Positions 38,680 to 48,300 of a stretch of 64,000 nucleotides of DNA are shown one piece after another. Each line of letters begins with the position of its first letter. Position 1 is the first letter of the stretch. The notes below the pieces were generated by a model, which saw only the letters and a list, made by a program, of their open reading frames with translations, did no database searches and was not told where the DNA came from. Source of the stretch: Alistipes sp. (GTDB lineage: Bacteria > Bacteroidota > Bacteroidia > Bacteroidales > Rikenellaceae). The DNA lies in NCBI GenBank assembly GCA_017546345.1, contig JAFYXB010000016.1:5052-69051 (forward strand), in the 5' to 3' direction. A program made the translations under genes and the position numbers.

Positions 38680-39888
38680 ATGAAAAAACTACTTCCCCTT
38701 TTCCTTGCCATAGTAGCAGCTTTGGCATACTGCTTTTGGCCAAAAAACAACATTAGCGAGGAGCTACGAGCAGCCATCGAAAGTTCACCACGTAGCACCG
38801 AGCTAACAGCACTATATGAGTCTACGCCCCGTGAGTCGAAGCGCGATATGGAGTATCTTATGGTCAATATGCCCGTGGCCGACCGCGATACAATGTCGCT
38901 CGCACTACTTGCTGAGAATGTGGAGTATGCGACACGTGCTCGCAAGGAGTTCGAGTGGTGCAAGTCGCTTCCAGAGGATGTATATCTTAGCGATGTTTTA
39001 CCCTATTTCGTAGTAGACGAGGTGCGCGATTCATGGCGTAAGGAGCTCTACGAGCTTTACGCTCCAGAGGTGGCTGAATGCAAGACAATGGAGGAGGCAA
39101 TAAAGATTGTAAATAGCAATATTCCTCGCATGACAGGTGTTGATTACAACACACTTAGAGAGAAGACCAACCAGAGTCCTCGCGAATCTATTCGTCAAGG
39201 CATGGCATCGTGCACGGGCCTTGCTATCCTGCTTGTCGATGCACTTCGCTCGGTGGGTATTCCCGCACGTTTTGCCGGCACTGCTTCATGGCACGACAAC
39301 CGCGGCAACCACAGCTGGACGGAGGTTTGGCTCGATGGCGAGTGGCGAGTTACGGAGTATTATATGCCCTCGAAGCTCGATCATCTTTGGTTTATGGCCG
39401 ATGCATCGAAGGCCAATGCCGAGGATCGCAACTACGCTATCTATGCCACACATTTTGGCGGTGCTAACGACTGGTTCCCAATGGTTTGGTGCGACGAAGA
39501 TGACAATCTACCCGTAGAGCTTCTACCTCAGACAATCGGTGCGGAGAATGTCACACAGCGATATATCGACCTGGCCTACGAGCAGTACACACGCCACTTG
39601 GAGGCTGGCACTCACACCTTTCTCCGCATTGCGGGTTATGCCGATGCATCGAAGCGCGAGCACTCGGGCGACCGCGTGGCGATGGGTGTCGATGTATTCT
39701 GCGGCACGGAGCAGATGGGCGGAGGTCTTACGGCTGGCCCATTGCGCGATATGAACGATATGTTCTCGGTGTTGCTGCCCAAGAATTGCGATTATGAGTT
39801 GCGCTACTACAACGCTGCAGGCGAGCTTCAGCGTCAGAGCGTACACCTCGGCGAGGAGCCTCAGACGGTAGCTATCGCGCTTAAGTAG
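38680..39888 (+). CDS. Exported transglutaminase-like domain protein
   Basis: N-terminal signal or anchor; ASCTGLAI, LRSVGIPAR and NHSWTEVW motifs. Confidence 0.85.
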   Translation: MKKLLPLFLAIVAALAYCFWPKNNISEELRAAIESSPRSTELTALYESTPRESKRDMEYLMVNMPVADRDTMSLALLAENVEYATRARKEFEWCKSLPEDVYLSDVLPYFVVDEVRDSWRKELYELYAPEVAECKTMEEAIKIVNSNIPRMTGVDYNTLREKTNQSPRESIRQGMASCTGLAILLVDALRSVGIPARFAGTASWHDNRGNHSWTEVWLDGEWRVTEYYMPSKLDHLWFMADASKANAEDRNYAIYATHFGGANDWFPMVWCDEDDNLPVELLPQTIGAENVTQRYIDLAYEQYTRHLEAGTHTFLRIAGYADASKREHSGDRVAMGVDVFCGTEQMGGGLTAGPLRDMNDMFSVLLPKNCDYELRYYNAAGELQRQSVHLGEEPQTVAIALK

Positions 39889-39911
39889 AGTCTTTCGAAA
39901 TAGATAAATTT

Positions 39912-39941
39912 ACGCAGTGTTCGTTGAGCACTGCGTTTTTT
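39912..39941 (+). terminator. Intrinsic terminator
   Basis: ACGCAGTGTTC/GAGCACTGCGT stem followed by Ts. Confidence 0.8.
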
Positions 39942-40044
39942 CGTAATAAATATGCGATAATCGCATCAATTATTAACTTTTTTTATTAATTTTGTCGCAT
40001 TATATATATGTATAAACAAAAACAAACAATAAAAACGATAAATT

Positions 40045-40776
40045 ATGGGAAGAGCATTTGAGTATCGCAAGGCGAGAAAGATGAAGCGCTGGGGACACAT
40101 GGCGCGTGTATTTACCAAGATTGGTAAGGAGATCGAAATGGCAGTTAAGGCATCTGGTCCAGATCCTTCGTCAAACTTGCGTCTTCGACTTTTGTTGCAG
40201 AACGCTAAGGCTGAGAATATGCCTAAGGAGAACGTTGAGCGTGCTATCAAGCGTGCTACAGATAAGGACTCTGCAGACTACAAGGAGATGATCTATGAGG
40301 GTTATGGTCCTCACGGTATCGCCGTTTTGGTAGAGACCGCTACTGATAACACAAACCGTACTGTTGCATCTGTACGTATGTACTTCAACAAGTATGGCGG
40401 TGCACTCGGCACATCAGGCTCTGTAGGCTTCATGTTCGAGCACAAGTGCGTATTTAAGTTCAAGCCTACCGAGGGCGTAGACTTCGAGGAGATGGAGCTT
40501 GAGATGATCGACTTCGGTGTAGATGAGTTCTACGCTGAGGAGGGCGAGGTAACAGTATACGCTGCTTACGAGTCGTTCGGTCAGATTCAGACTTGGATCG
40601 AGGATAAGGGCTACGAGCTCGTATCGGGTGAGAGCGTACGCATCCCAACAGATCAGAAGGAGCTTACAGCAGAGCAGCGCGAGGCGGTTAACAAGCTTAT
40701 CGAGCACCTCGAGGAGGATGATGACGTGACTAACGTCTACACTACAATGGCCGAGTCGGAGGAGGACGAGGAGTAA
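40045..40776 (+). CDS. yebC: YebC/PmpR-family protein
   Basis: MGRAFEYRKARK, NMPKENVERAI, YEGYGPHG and TDNTNRT motifs. Confidence 0.96.
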   Translation: MGRAFEYRKARKMKRWGHMARVFTKIGKEIEMAVKASGPDPSSNLRLRLLLQNAKAENMPKENVERAIKRATDKDSADYKEMIYEGYGPHGIAVLVETATDNTNRTVASVRMYFNKYGGALGTSGSVGFMFEHKCVFKFKPTEGVDFEEMELEMIDFGVDEFYAEEGEVTVYAAYESFGQIQTWIEDKGYELVSGESVRIPTDQKELTAEQREAVNKLIEHLEEDDDVTNVYTTMAESEEDEE

Positions 40777-40818
40777 TCCTTGACCCTTTCGCATGGCGCA
40801 AAAACAACTTTCACAGCT

Positions 40819-43800
40819 ATGGAAAAATTTACAGAGTATAAAGGTCTTGATTTGGCTGGCGTAGCCGACGAGGTGTTGGCACGCTGGACCGAGGAGGACA
40901 CATTCCACAAGAGCATCACAACACGTGAGGGTCACCCAACATTTGTATTCTACGAGGGTCCCCCCTCAGCAAATGGCACCCCAGGTATCCACCACGTTAT
41001 GGCGCGTACTATCAAGGATGTATTCTGCCGCTATAAGACACAGCAGGGCTACCTCGTACACCGTAAGGCCGGTTGGGATACACACGGTCTTCCCGTAGAG
41101 CTTGGCGTCGAGAAGAAGCTCGGTATCACAAAGGAGGATATCGGCAAGAAGATCACCATCGAGCAGTACAACAAGGAGTGCCGCGAGGCGGTGATGGAGT
41201 TCACCGACATCTGGGAGGACTTGACACGCCGTATGGGCTACTGGGTAAATATGGACGATCCATATATCACCTACGACAACAAGTTCATCGAGACGTTGTG
41301 GTGGCTTTTGAAGCAGCTCTACGAGAAGGGACTTCTCTATAAGGGCTACACTATCCAGCCCTACTCGCCTGCAGCAGGTACAGGTCTTTCGACTCACGAG
41401 CTCAACCAGCCAGGTTGCTACCGCGATGTGAAGGATACAACATGTACAGCTCAGTTCCGCATCCTCGACCCTAAGGCCGAGATGGAGGGTTGGGGCACAC
41501 CCTACTTCCTCGCATGGACAACAACACCTTGGACATTGCCTTCAAACACTGCACTCTGCGTTGGTCCTAAGATCGACTATGTTGCAGTACGCACATACAA
41601 CCCCTACAACGGTGAGAAGATGACGGCTGTCGTTGCCGAGCCATTGCTCTACTCGATCTTCAACAAGAAGGCTGAGGAGCTCAAGCTCGAGGATTACAAG
41701 GCTGGCGACAAGCTCATCCCATTCGAGGTTGTTGGCAAGTGGAGAGGTACGGAGCTTTGCGGTATGCACTACGAGCAGCTTTTGCCATGGGTTAAGCCCG
41801 TTAAGGCTGACGAGAAGGGCAACTGGTCGGAGGCTGCAGCTGAGGCGTTCCGCGTAATCTTGGGTGACTACGTAACAACTGAGGATGGTACGGGTATCGT
41901 ACATATCGCGCCTACGTTTGGTGCGGATGATGCCTTCGTAGCACGTCAGGCAGGCATTCCTTCGCTATTTATGATCAACAAGCGTGGCGAGACACGTCCT
42001 ATGGTTGATTTCACCGGTAAGTTCTACCTTACAGAGGAGCTCGATGAGGAGTTCGTAAAGCAGTGCGTAACTGAGGAGTATAACGAGTATGAGGGTCGCT
42101 TCGTGAAGAATGCATACGATCCACAGTACACCGTAGATGGTCGCTATGATGAGAAGGCTGCAGCTGCTGCCGAGAACCTCGACATCTACATCTCGCTCAA
42201 GCTTAAGGAGGCAGGTAAGGTATTCAAGATTGAGAAGCATACCCACAACTACCCCCACTGCTGGCGTACCGATAAGCCCGTGTTGTACTACCCTCTCGAC
42301 TCATGGTTCATCCGCACTACAGCACTCCGTGAGCGTATGATGGTGCTCAACAAGACCATCTACTGGAAGCCCGAGTCTACAGGTACTGGCCGCTTCGGTA
42401 AGTGGTTGGAGAATATCAACGACTGGAACCTCTCACGTTCACGCTTCTGGGGTACTCCATTGCCAATCTGGGCTACGGAGGATCGCTCGGAGTTGAAGTG
42501 CATCGGCTCTATCGAGGAGCTTATCGCCGAGATCGAGAAGGCGGTAGCCGCTGGCGTGATGACCGAGAACCCATACAAGAACTTCAAGGTGGGCGATATG
42601 TCTAAGGAGAACTACTCTACAGATGTTATCGACTTGCACCGTCCTTATGTAGATAATATCGTCCTTCTCTCGTCTAAGGGCGAGCCTATGCGCCGCGAGC
42701 CAGACCTCATCGATGTATGGTTCGACTCAGGTGCTATGCCATACGCACAGGTACACTACCCCTTCGAGGCGAAGGAGGGCTTCGATCAGATCTATCCCGC
42801 AGACTTTATTGCTGAGGGTGTCGATCAGACACGTGGCTGGTTCTACACGCTCCACGCTATCGCTGTGATGTTGTTCGACTCTGTAGCGTTCAAGAATATC
42901 ATCTCTAACGGCTTGGTACTCGACAAGAACGGCAACAAGATGTCGAAGCGTTTGGGCAACGCCGTAGATCCATTCGAGGTACTCAGAAAGTATGGTGCCG
43001 ACGCTACACGTTGGTATATGATCTCTAACTCGCAGCCTTGGGACAACCTCAAGTTCGACGTTGATGGCGTTGATGAGTGCCGCCGTAAGTTCTTCGGTAC
43101 ACTCTACAACACCTACTCGTTCTTCGCACTCTATGCAAATATCGACGGCTTCACAGGCCGTGAGGCTGAGGTGCCCGTAGCACAGCGCCCAGAGATCGAC
43201 CGCTGGATCCTCTCGGAGCTCAACACTCTTATCCGCGATGTCACCACATCGTTGGAGGAGTACGATCCTACACCTGCAGCACGCCGCATCGACGCCTTCG
43301 TAAACGAGAACCTCTCGAACTGGTACGTGCGTCTTAACCGTAAGCGTTTCTGGGGTGGCGAGATGAGCGAGGATAAGTTGGCTGCATACCAGACACTCTA
43401 CACTTGCTTGGAGACTGTAGTGAAGCTTGCTGCGCCTATCGCACCATTCATCACAGACCGCATCTTCCGCGACCTCAACGCAATGAGTGGCCGCCACACC
43501 GAGGAGAGCGTACACCTCTCAACATATCCTAAGGTTGATGAGTCGCTCATCTGCCCCGAGTTGGAGGCACGCACAGCACTCTCACAGCAGGTATCATCTA
43601 TGGTATTGGCATTGCGTCGTAAGGTGAATATCAACGTACGTAAGCCTTTGCAGAAGATCATCATCCCTGTTTTGGATAAGGAGATGGCAACACGCATCGA
43701 GGCTGTTCGCCAGCTTATCATGAACGAGGTGAACATCAAGGATATCGAGCTTATCTCGGATACAACAGGCATCATCACTAAGCGCATCAAGCCTAACTTC

Positions 43801-44304
43801 AAGACTTTGGGTGCTAAGTGTGGTAAGTATATGAAGCAGGTTGCAGCTCTTGTTGCAACATTCACTCAGGAGCAGATCGCTGCTGTTGAGAACAACGCTG
43901 AGACTATCCTCGAGGTTGAGGATCAGAAGTTCGTAACTACGGCCGCTGACTTCGACATCACATCGGAAGATATGCCAGGTTGGTTGGTTGCATCGGAGGG
44001 TAAACTTACCGTAGCTTTGGATATCACCATCACCGAGGAGTTGCGCCGCGAGGGTGTAGCCCGCGAGTTGGTAAACCGTATCCAGAACATCCGTAAGGAG
44101 TCTGGCTTCGAGGTTACGGACAAGATCCGCGTTGAGATCGAGCTTCAGGATGCTACTGCCGCAGCTATCGAGAGCTTTGCTGAGTATATCGCACAGCAGA
44201 CTCTTGCTGTTGAGGTTAAGGCTGTTGCCGAGCCTCAGGGTGAGACTGTTGTCGATTCGGAGCTTGACGAGGCAACGCTCAAGATCGCCGTATCGCGCAT
44301 CTAA
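40819..44304 (+). CDS. ileS: Isoleucine--tRNA ligase, type 2
   Basis: YEGPPSANG, GWDTHGLP, WTTTPWTLP, YPHCWR, EGVDQTRGWF and KMSKR motifs; probable start MEKF at 40819. Confidence 0.98.
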   Translation: MEKFTEYKGLDLAGVADEVLARWTEEDTFHKSITTREGHPTFVFYEGPPSANGTPGIHHVMARTIKDVFCRYKTQQGYLVHRKAGWDTHGLPVELGVEKKLGITKEDIGKKITIEQYNKECREAVMEFTDIWEDLTRRMGYWVNMDDPYITYDNKFIETLWWLLKQLYEKGLLYKGYTIQPYSPAAGTGLSTHELNQPGCYRDVKDTTCTAQFRILDPKAEMEGWGTPYFLAWTTTPWTLPSNTALCVGPKIDYVAVRTYNPYNGEKMTAVVAEPLLYSIFNKKAEELKLEDYKAGDKLIPFEVVGKWRGTELCGMHYEQLLPWVKPVKADEKGNWSEAAAEAFRVILGDYVTTEDGTGIVHIAPTFGADDAFVARQAGIPSLFMINKRGETRPMVDFTGKFYLTEELDEEFVKQCVTEEYNEYEGRFVKNAYDPQYTVDGRYDEKAAAAAENLDIYISLKLKEAGKVFKIEKHTHNYPHCWRTDKPVLYYPLDSWFIRTTALRERMMVLNKTIYWKPESTGTGRFGKWLENINDWNLSRSRFWGTPLPIWATEDRSELKCIGSIEELIAEIEKAVAAGVMTENPYKNFKVGDMSKENYSTDVIDLHRPYVDNIVLLSSKGEPMRREPDLIDVWFDSGAMPYAQVHYPFEAKEGFDQIYPADFIAEGVDQTRGWFYTLHAIAVMLFDSVAFKNIISNGLVLDKNGNKMSKRLGNAVDPFEVLRKYGADATRWYMISNSQPWDNLKFDVDGVDECRRKFFGTLYNTYSFFALYANIDGFTGREAEVPVAQRPEIDRWILSELNTLIRDVTTSLEEYDPTPAARRIDAFVNENLSNWYVRLNRKRFWGGEMSEDKLAAYQTLYTCLETVVKLAAPIAPFITDRIFRDLNAMSGRHTEESVHLSTYPKVDESLICPELEARTALSQQVSSMVLALRRKVNINVRKPLQKIIIPVLDKEMATRIEAVRQLIMNEVNIKDIELISDTTGIITKRIKPNFKTLGAKCGKYMKQVAALVATFTQEQIAAVENNAETILEVEDQKFVTTAADFDITSEDMPGWLVASEGKLTVALDITITEELRREGVARELVNRIQNIRKESGFEVTDKIRVEIELQDATAAAIESFAEYIAQQTLAVEVKAVAEPQGETVVDSELDEATLKIAVSRI

Positions 44305-44338
44305 TCTCAGAGCTTACCTAATATTATATATAGGTAGA

Positions 44339-44376
44339 GAAAGGGCTATCCAGCTTATGCTGGGTAGTCTTTTTCT
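44339..44376 (+). terminator. Probable intrinsic terminator after ileS
   Basis: GGCTATCCAGC/GCTGGGTAGTC stem followed by a T tract. Confidence 0.65.
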
Positions 44377-44501
44377 TATATTCCTCGACCGAGGTTTTGC
44401 GATAAATTTATGCTTTTTATTGAAAAATGTTTGCAAGTTTCATATTTTTTGCTTAATTTTGTTTACTAAACGATATATAACCGTACTAAAACGCTACGAT
44501 T

Positions 44502-44876
44502 ATGGCAGATGAGAAGACCAGATATAACGATTCGGAGCTTGAGGAGTTCCGCCAGTTGATAGAGAAGAAATTAGCATCGGCACGTGCCGACTATGAGATG
44601 TTGCGCTCGGCAACCAACAACGAGAACGACACCGAGGATTCGTCACCTACGTTCAAGGTGATGGAGGAGGGCGCTACAACGCTCTCGAAGGAGGAGTATG
44701 GCCGCTTGGCACAGCGTCAGGCGAAGTTCATCCGCAACCTCGAGATGGCTCTTGTGCGTATCAACAACAAGACCTACGGCATCTGCAAGACCACGGGCAA
44801 GCTCATTCCTCGTGAGCGTCTATTGCGTGTACCCCACGCTACGGAGTGCATCGAGGCTAAAGAGGCAAGACGATAG
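44502..44876 (+). CDS. dksA: TraR/DksA-family transcription factor
   Basis: RYNDSELEEF, RQAKFIRNL and TYGICKTTGKLIPRERL..VPHAT; follows ileS as usual in Bacteroidota. Confidence 0.9.
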   Translation: MADEKTRYNDSELEEFRQLIEKKLASARADYEMLRSATNNENDTEDSSPTFKVMEEGATTLSKEEYGRLAQRQAKFIRNLEMALVRINNKTYGICKTTGKLIPRERLLRVPHATECIEAKEARR

Positions 44877-44949
44877 AGGCTTGCATCGTAGCGTGTGCGC
44901 ATAACATAGGGATAATTCGCTCTATCGAGTAGGGCGACACCATATTATG

Positions 44950-44988
44950 ACGAGTGTGTTTAACTTTCGGGTTAGACACGCTCGTTTT
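44950..44988 (+). terminator. Intrinsic terminator after dksA
   Basis: ACGAGTGTGTTTAAC-TTTCGG-GTTAGACACGCTCGT followed by Ts. Confidence 0.8.
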
Positions 44989-45053
44989 GCGCATAAAAGA
45001 ACTGATTATCAGTCAAAAGTATCAACATTGTAGTGAATATTATTAGATTATAT

Positions 45054-45085
45054 TTTGTAATTCTTAGAAAATTTTTATATTTTTG
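45054..45085 (+). promoter_or_regulatory. Bacteroidota -33/-7 promoter for the micro-ORF/pilin unit
   Basis: TTTG at 45054-45057 and TATTTTTG at 45078-45085. Confidence 0.65.
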
Positions 45086-45156
45086 TAGTAGCTTTTGCGT
45101 GCGGACGACACTCAACAGCCCCTCTAATCGCTAATTACTAACTAAAACATAAGCTT

Positions 45157-45297
45157 ATGAACAGAAACACACACACCACTTACCTCGCGCCAGAGGCCGA
45201 GGTAGTAGAGAGCATCGTCGAGGCAGGATTTGCTTACTCTTCAGACAGCAACCTCGAAGATCCCAAAGTAGAAGATCCAAAGGAGTGGGAAAATTAA
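45157..45297 (+). CDS. 46-aa acidic micro-protein (YLAPE family) upstream of a pilin-like gene
   Basis: Hand translation MNRNTHTTYLAPEAEVVESIVEAGFAYSSDSNLEDPKVEDPKEWEN*; ends 12 bp before the next ATG; homologous to 36037-36180. Confidence 0.85.
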   Translation: MNRNTHTTYLAPEAEVVESIVEAGFAYSSDSNLEDPKVEDPKEWEN

Positions 45298-45309
45298 AGA
45301 AATGCAGCT

Positions 45310-48300
45310 ATGAAAAGATTTATATTGTACCTATTTGCTGCCTTAGCTTTTGCAGCGTGTACACAGAACGACATCGAAGAGCTTACGAACAATAAGCTAT
45401 TTGTTCCCGACAGTATTAGCGTAGGTTTCGAGAATGACGACACCCGTATCCAGCTCTTAAACAACAAAACCGTGTGGAACGAGGGTGACTGCGTTTCGGT
45501 CTTCTACCGTTCATTCGACAACCTTATGTGGCAGTTCCAGGGCCAGACGGGTGATCGTACTGGCGAGTTACTTCTCGTAGATGGTTATGTTGGCAACCAG
45601 ACTATGGAGGATGTAATCGTCGTATATCCATACAATGCGGACTACCTCGTCAGACTATCTGACCAGAGCGTCGAGGCTCGTATGCCATCGGTGCAGTACT
45701 ACCACGAGAATAGTTACGACCCTTCGTGCAACATTATGATTGCTCAGGGCTCAGACCGCAATTTCGTGCTTAAGAACGTATGCGGCTGGGTTAAGATTGA
45801 GCTTACGGGTGATGGCCAGGCCGTGCAGAGCCTCACTCTCACGGGCAACAACAACGAAGCTGTAGCGGGCGATATCTCGATTGTAGCTACTGACGCTACC
45901 GCAACCTATTTTTCGGCAAATAGCTCAGCCCCCAGCGATGATTCCGAGCTTGGCGGCGACCTTGTGTTTGACAATCAGACCATAACATCGTTAAAGCTAC
46001 AGTGCAACGGTGTAACACTATCATCTGAGCCTACAGCATTCTACATTGCGCTTCCTCCTCAGACCTTTAGCAATGGTTTCACCGTAGAGGTTAAGTGTCG
46101 AGGCTATCAGCCTATGGTTCTCCAGCGCAATGATGCAATCGCTATCGAGCGCAACCATATCCAGCCTATGCAGGCTGTTGAGTTCGAGGCCGAGGAGAGC
46201 AACGAAGTAGATGTTCCCAACAACGAGATTTGGTATACTGCAACCGATCAGGTATGGCCCAATAATGAATGGGATTTTGGCGCAACGCTTATCGACAACT
46301 ACTTTGACTACTACACTGGTCAGGGTATCTTGGTATTCGATGGCGATGTAACACGTATTCCAGCGGGTGCTTTTAGTTATAATGGAGGTCTTACAAGCAT
46401 TACTCTTCCAAATAGCATAGCAGAAATCGAGAGTTTTGCTTTTGATAATTGTTGGGGACTTACAACCATGACTATTCCCGACAATACCACAGTTATCGAG
46501 CCAGGAGCATTTTCGAGTTGCGGCAATCTTCAGGAGTTCAAAGGAAATTGTGTAACTGAGGATGGCCGATGCCTTGTGCTTGATAATGTACTACTTGCAT
46601 TTGCTCCTGCAGGTATCACATCCTACACAACTCCATCAGGTGTGCGAACCATTGCAGCAAATAGTTTTTCTTCTTCTCACGACCTAACGGAGATTGTCAT
46701 CTCTGAGGGTGTAGAGATAATTGGAACTTATGCCTTTAGTAGTTGCACCAACCTCTCAACTATTATATTACCCGAGAGTATATTGCATATCCGCGCCTAT
46801 GCATTCGATTATTGCTATTCATTGGCAGACATCACACTTCCATCAAATCTACAGTCAATTGAAGATTGGGCGTTTGTAAATTGTGCAAACCTTACTCAGA
46901 TAACTATTCCAGATAGTGTTCAGGGGTTTGGTCAAGGCATCCTCGCTGGTTGTTACAACCTTGAATACATCGATTGTCAATATGCTACCGAGGATGGTAG
47001 AAGTTTGATTATCGACGGCTGTTTGTTCGCAATTGCTCCTAAAGACCTATCGTCATATACTGTTCCTGAGGAGGCTACACATATTGGTTCAGGAGCACTA
47101 TGTGGTCTTGAATTCCCAGTCCTCCTTCATGATAATATATCTGTCATTGGCGATAATGCATTTGAAAGGTGTTCGTTTAGCACTATTACACTTCCTGCAA
47201 ACCTCGAGTATTTGGGATATGCTGCATTCCTGTATTGTTCGAATCTGACAGATGTATATTGCACAGCTACGACACCTCCATCTATGGGCGGAATGTTGTT
47301 TGGCTACAACTCACAAAATCGCAATATCTATGTTCCTTTGGAGTCATTAGAGGACTATAAGACAGCTGACGGCTGGAGAGAGTTTGCTTCATGTATCATC
47401 GGTTATGACTACGAGACTGGCGAGACCGTGATGCCAACTATCAACCTCGGCGTCTGCGGAACTATCACAGATTGGGGCAACAGTGACATTCCCGATATTG
47501 CAATGGAGTATCTCGAGGAGCGAAATCTCTATGTTGCATACGGTGTTGAGCTAACTACTGCCGATCGCTTCAAGTTGCGTGCAGACAATACTTGGCAAGG
47601 CTTGTATAACATTGGACTTTCATGGGATGATTCCGGCTACGCTATGGTGGCAAACACCTATAAGGAGTTGATGAATAGCCCAGAAAGCCAGGATATCCAT
47701 ATCGCAGTAGATGGCAGCTACGATATATACTTCAACCTCGAAACATTGACACTCTACTTTATGGAGGCGGACGCAGATCCTGATAATGCTACGGAGGCTC
47801 CCGAGCACTCTGAAATACCAGATGGACAATATCGTATCGGTATTGTTGGTTCATTCACGGACTGGGGAAACTTCCCCGATATTGCGATGAGCTATGATGA
47901 GGATATGGCTATGTATGTCTACTATGGCTTAGAGTTTAACGAGGGTGATGAGTTCAAGCTACGCGTTAACGAGTCGTGGGATATTAACTATGGTTTGGAG
48001 TACGACTATGCATCATCATTTGGTGGTAATAACTTCACCTATCTTATTAATGACGGACAAAATATCATCGTTTACAAGACAGGTAGCTACGACCTCTACT
48101 TTGATCCCAACTATTGCGAGTTCTACTTCATGGAGGCAGACGTAGATCGTTCGGAGGCTACGGAGCCTACAATTCTTCCTCAACTAGCAGCACCTCAGAA
48201 CGTTCGTGTTTTCAATGAGAGTGCAACATCATTTACCCTAACTTGGGACTATGTCGAGAATGCAACATCATATATGATCAATGATGGCAACGGTGGAGTA

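Noticed and set aside
38680-39888. Transglutaminase-like protein as the peptide maturase
   Set aside because: It is in a different, divergent operon and has no counterpart beside the second peptide; proximity is the only evidence
45157-45297. Micro-peptides as lasso-peptide precursors (YxxP leader motif)
   Set aside because: No lasso cyclase, RRE or B2 protease nearby and no leader Thr at -2 before a suitable core; modification by enzymes encoded elsewhere cannot be excluded
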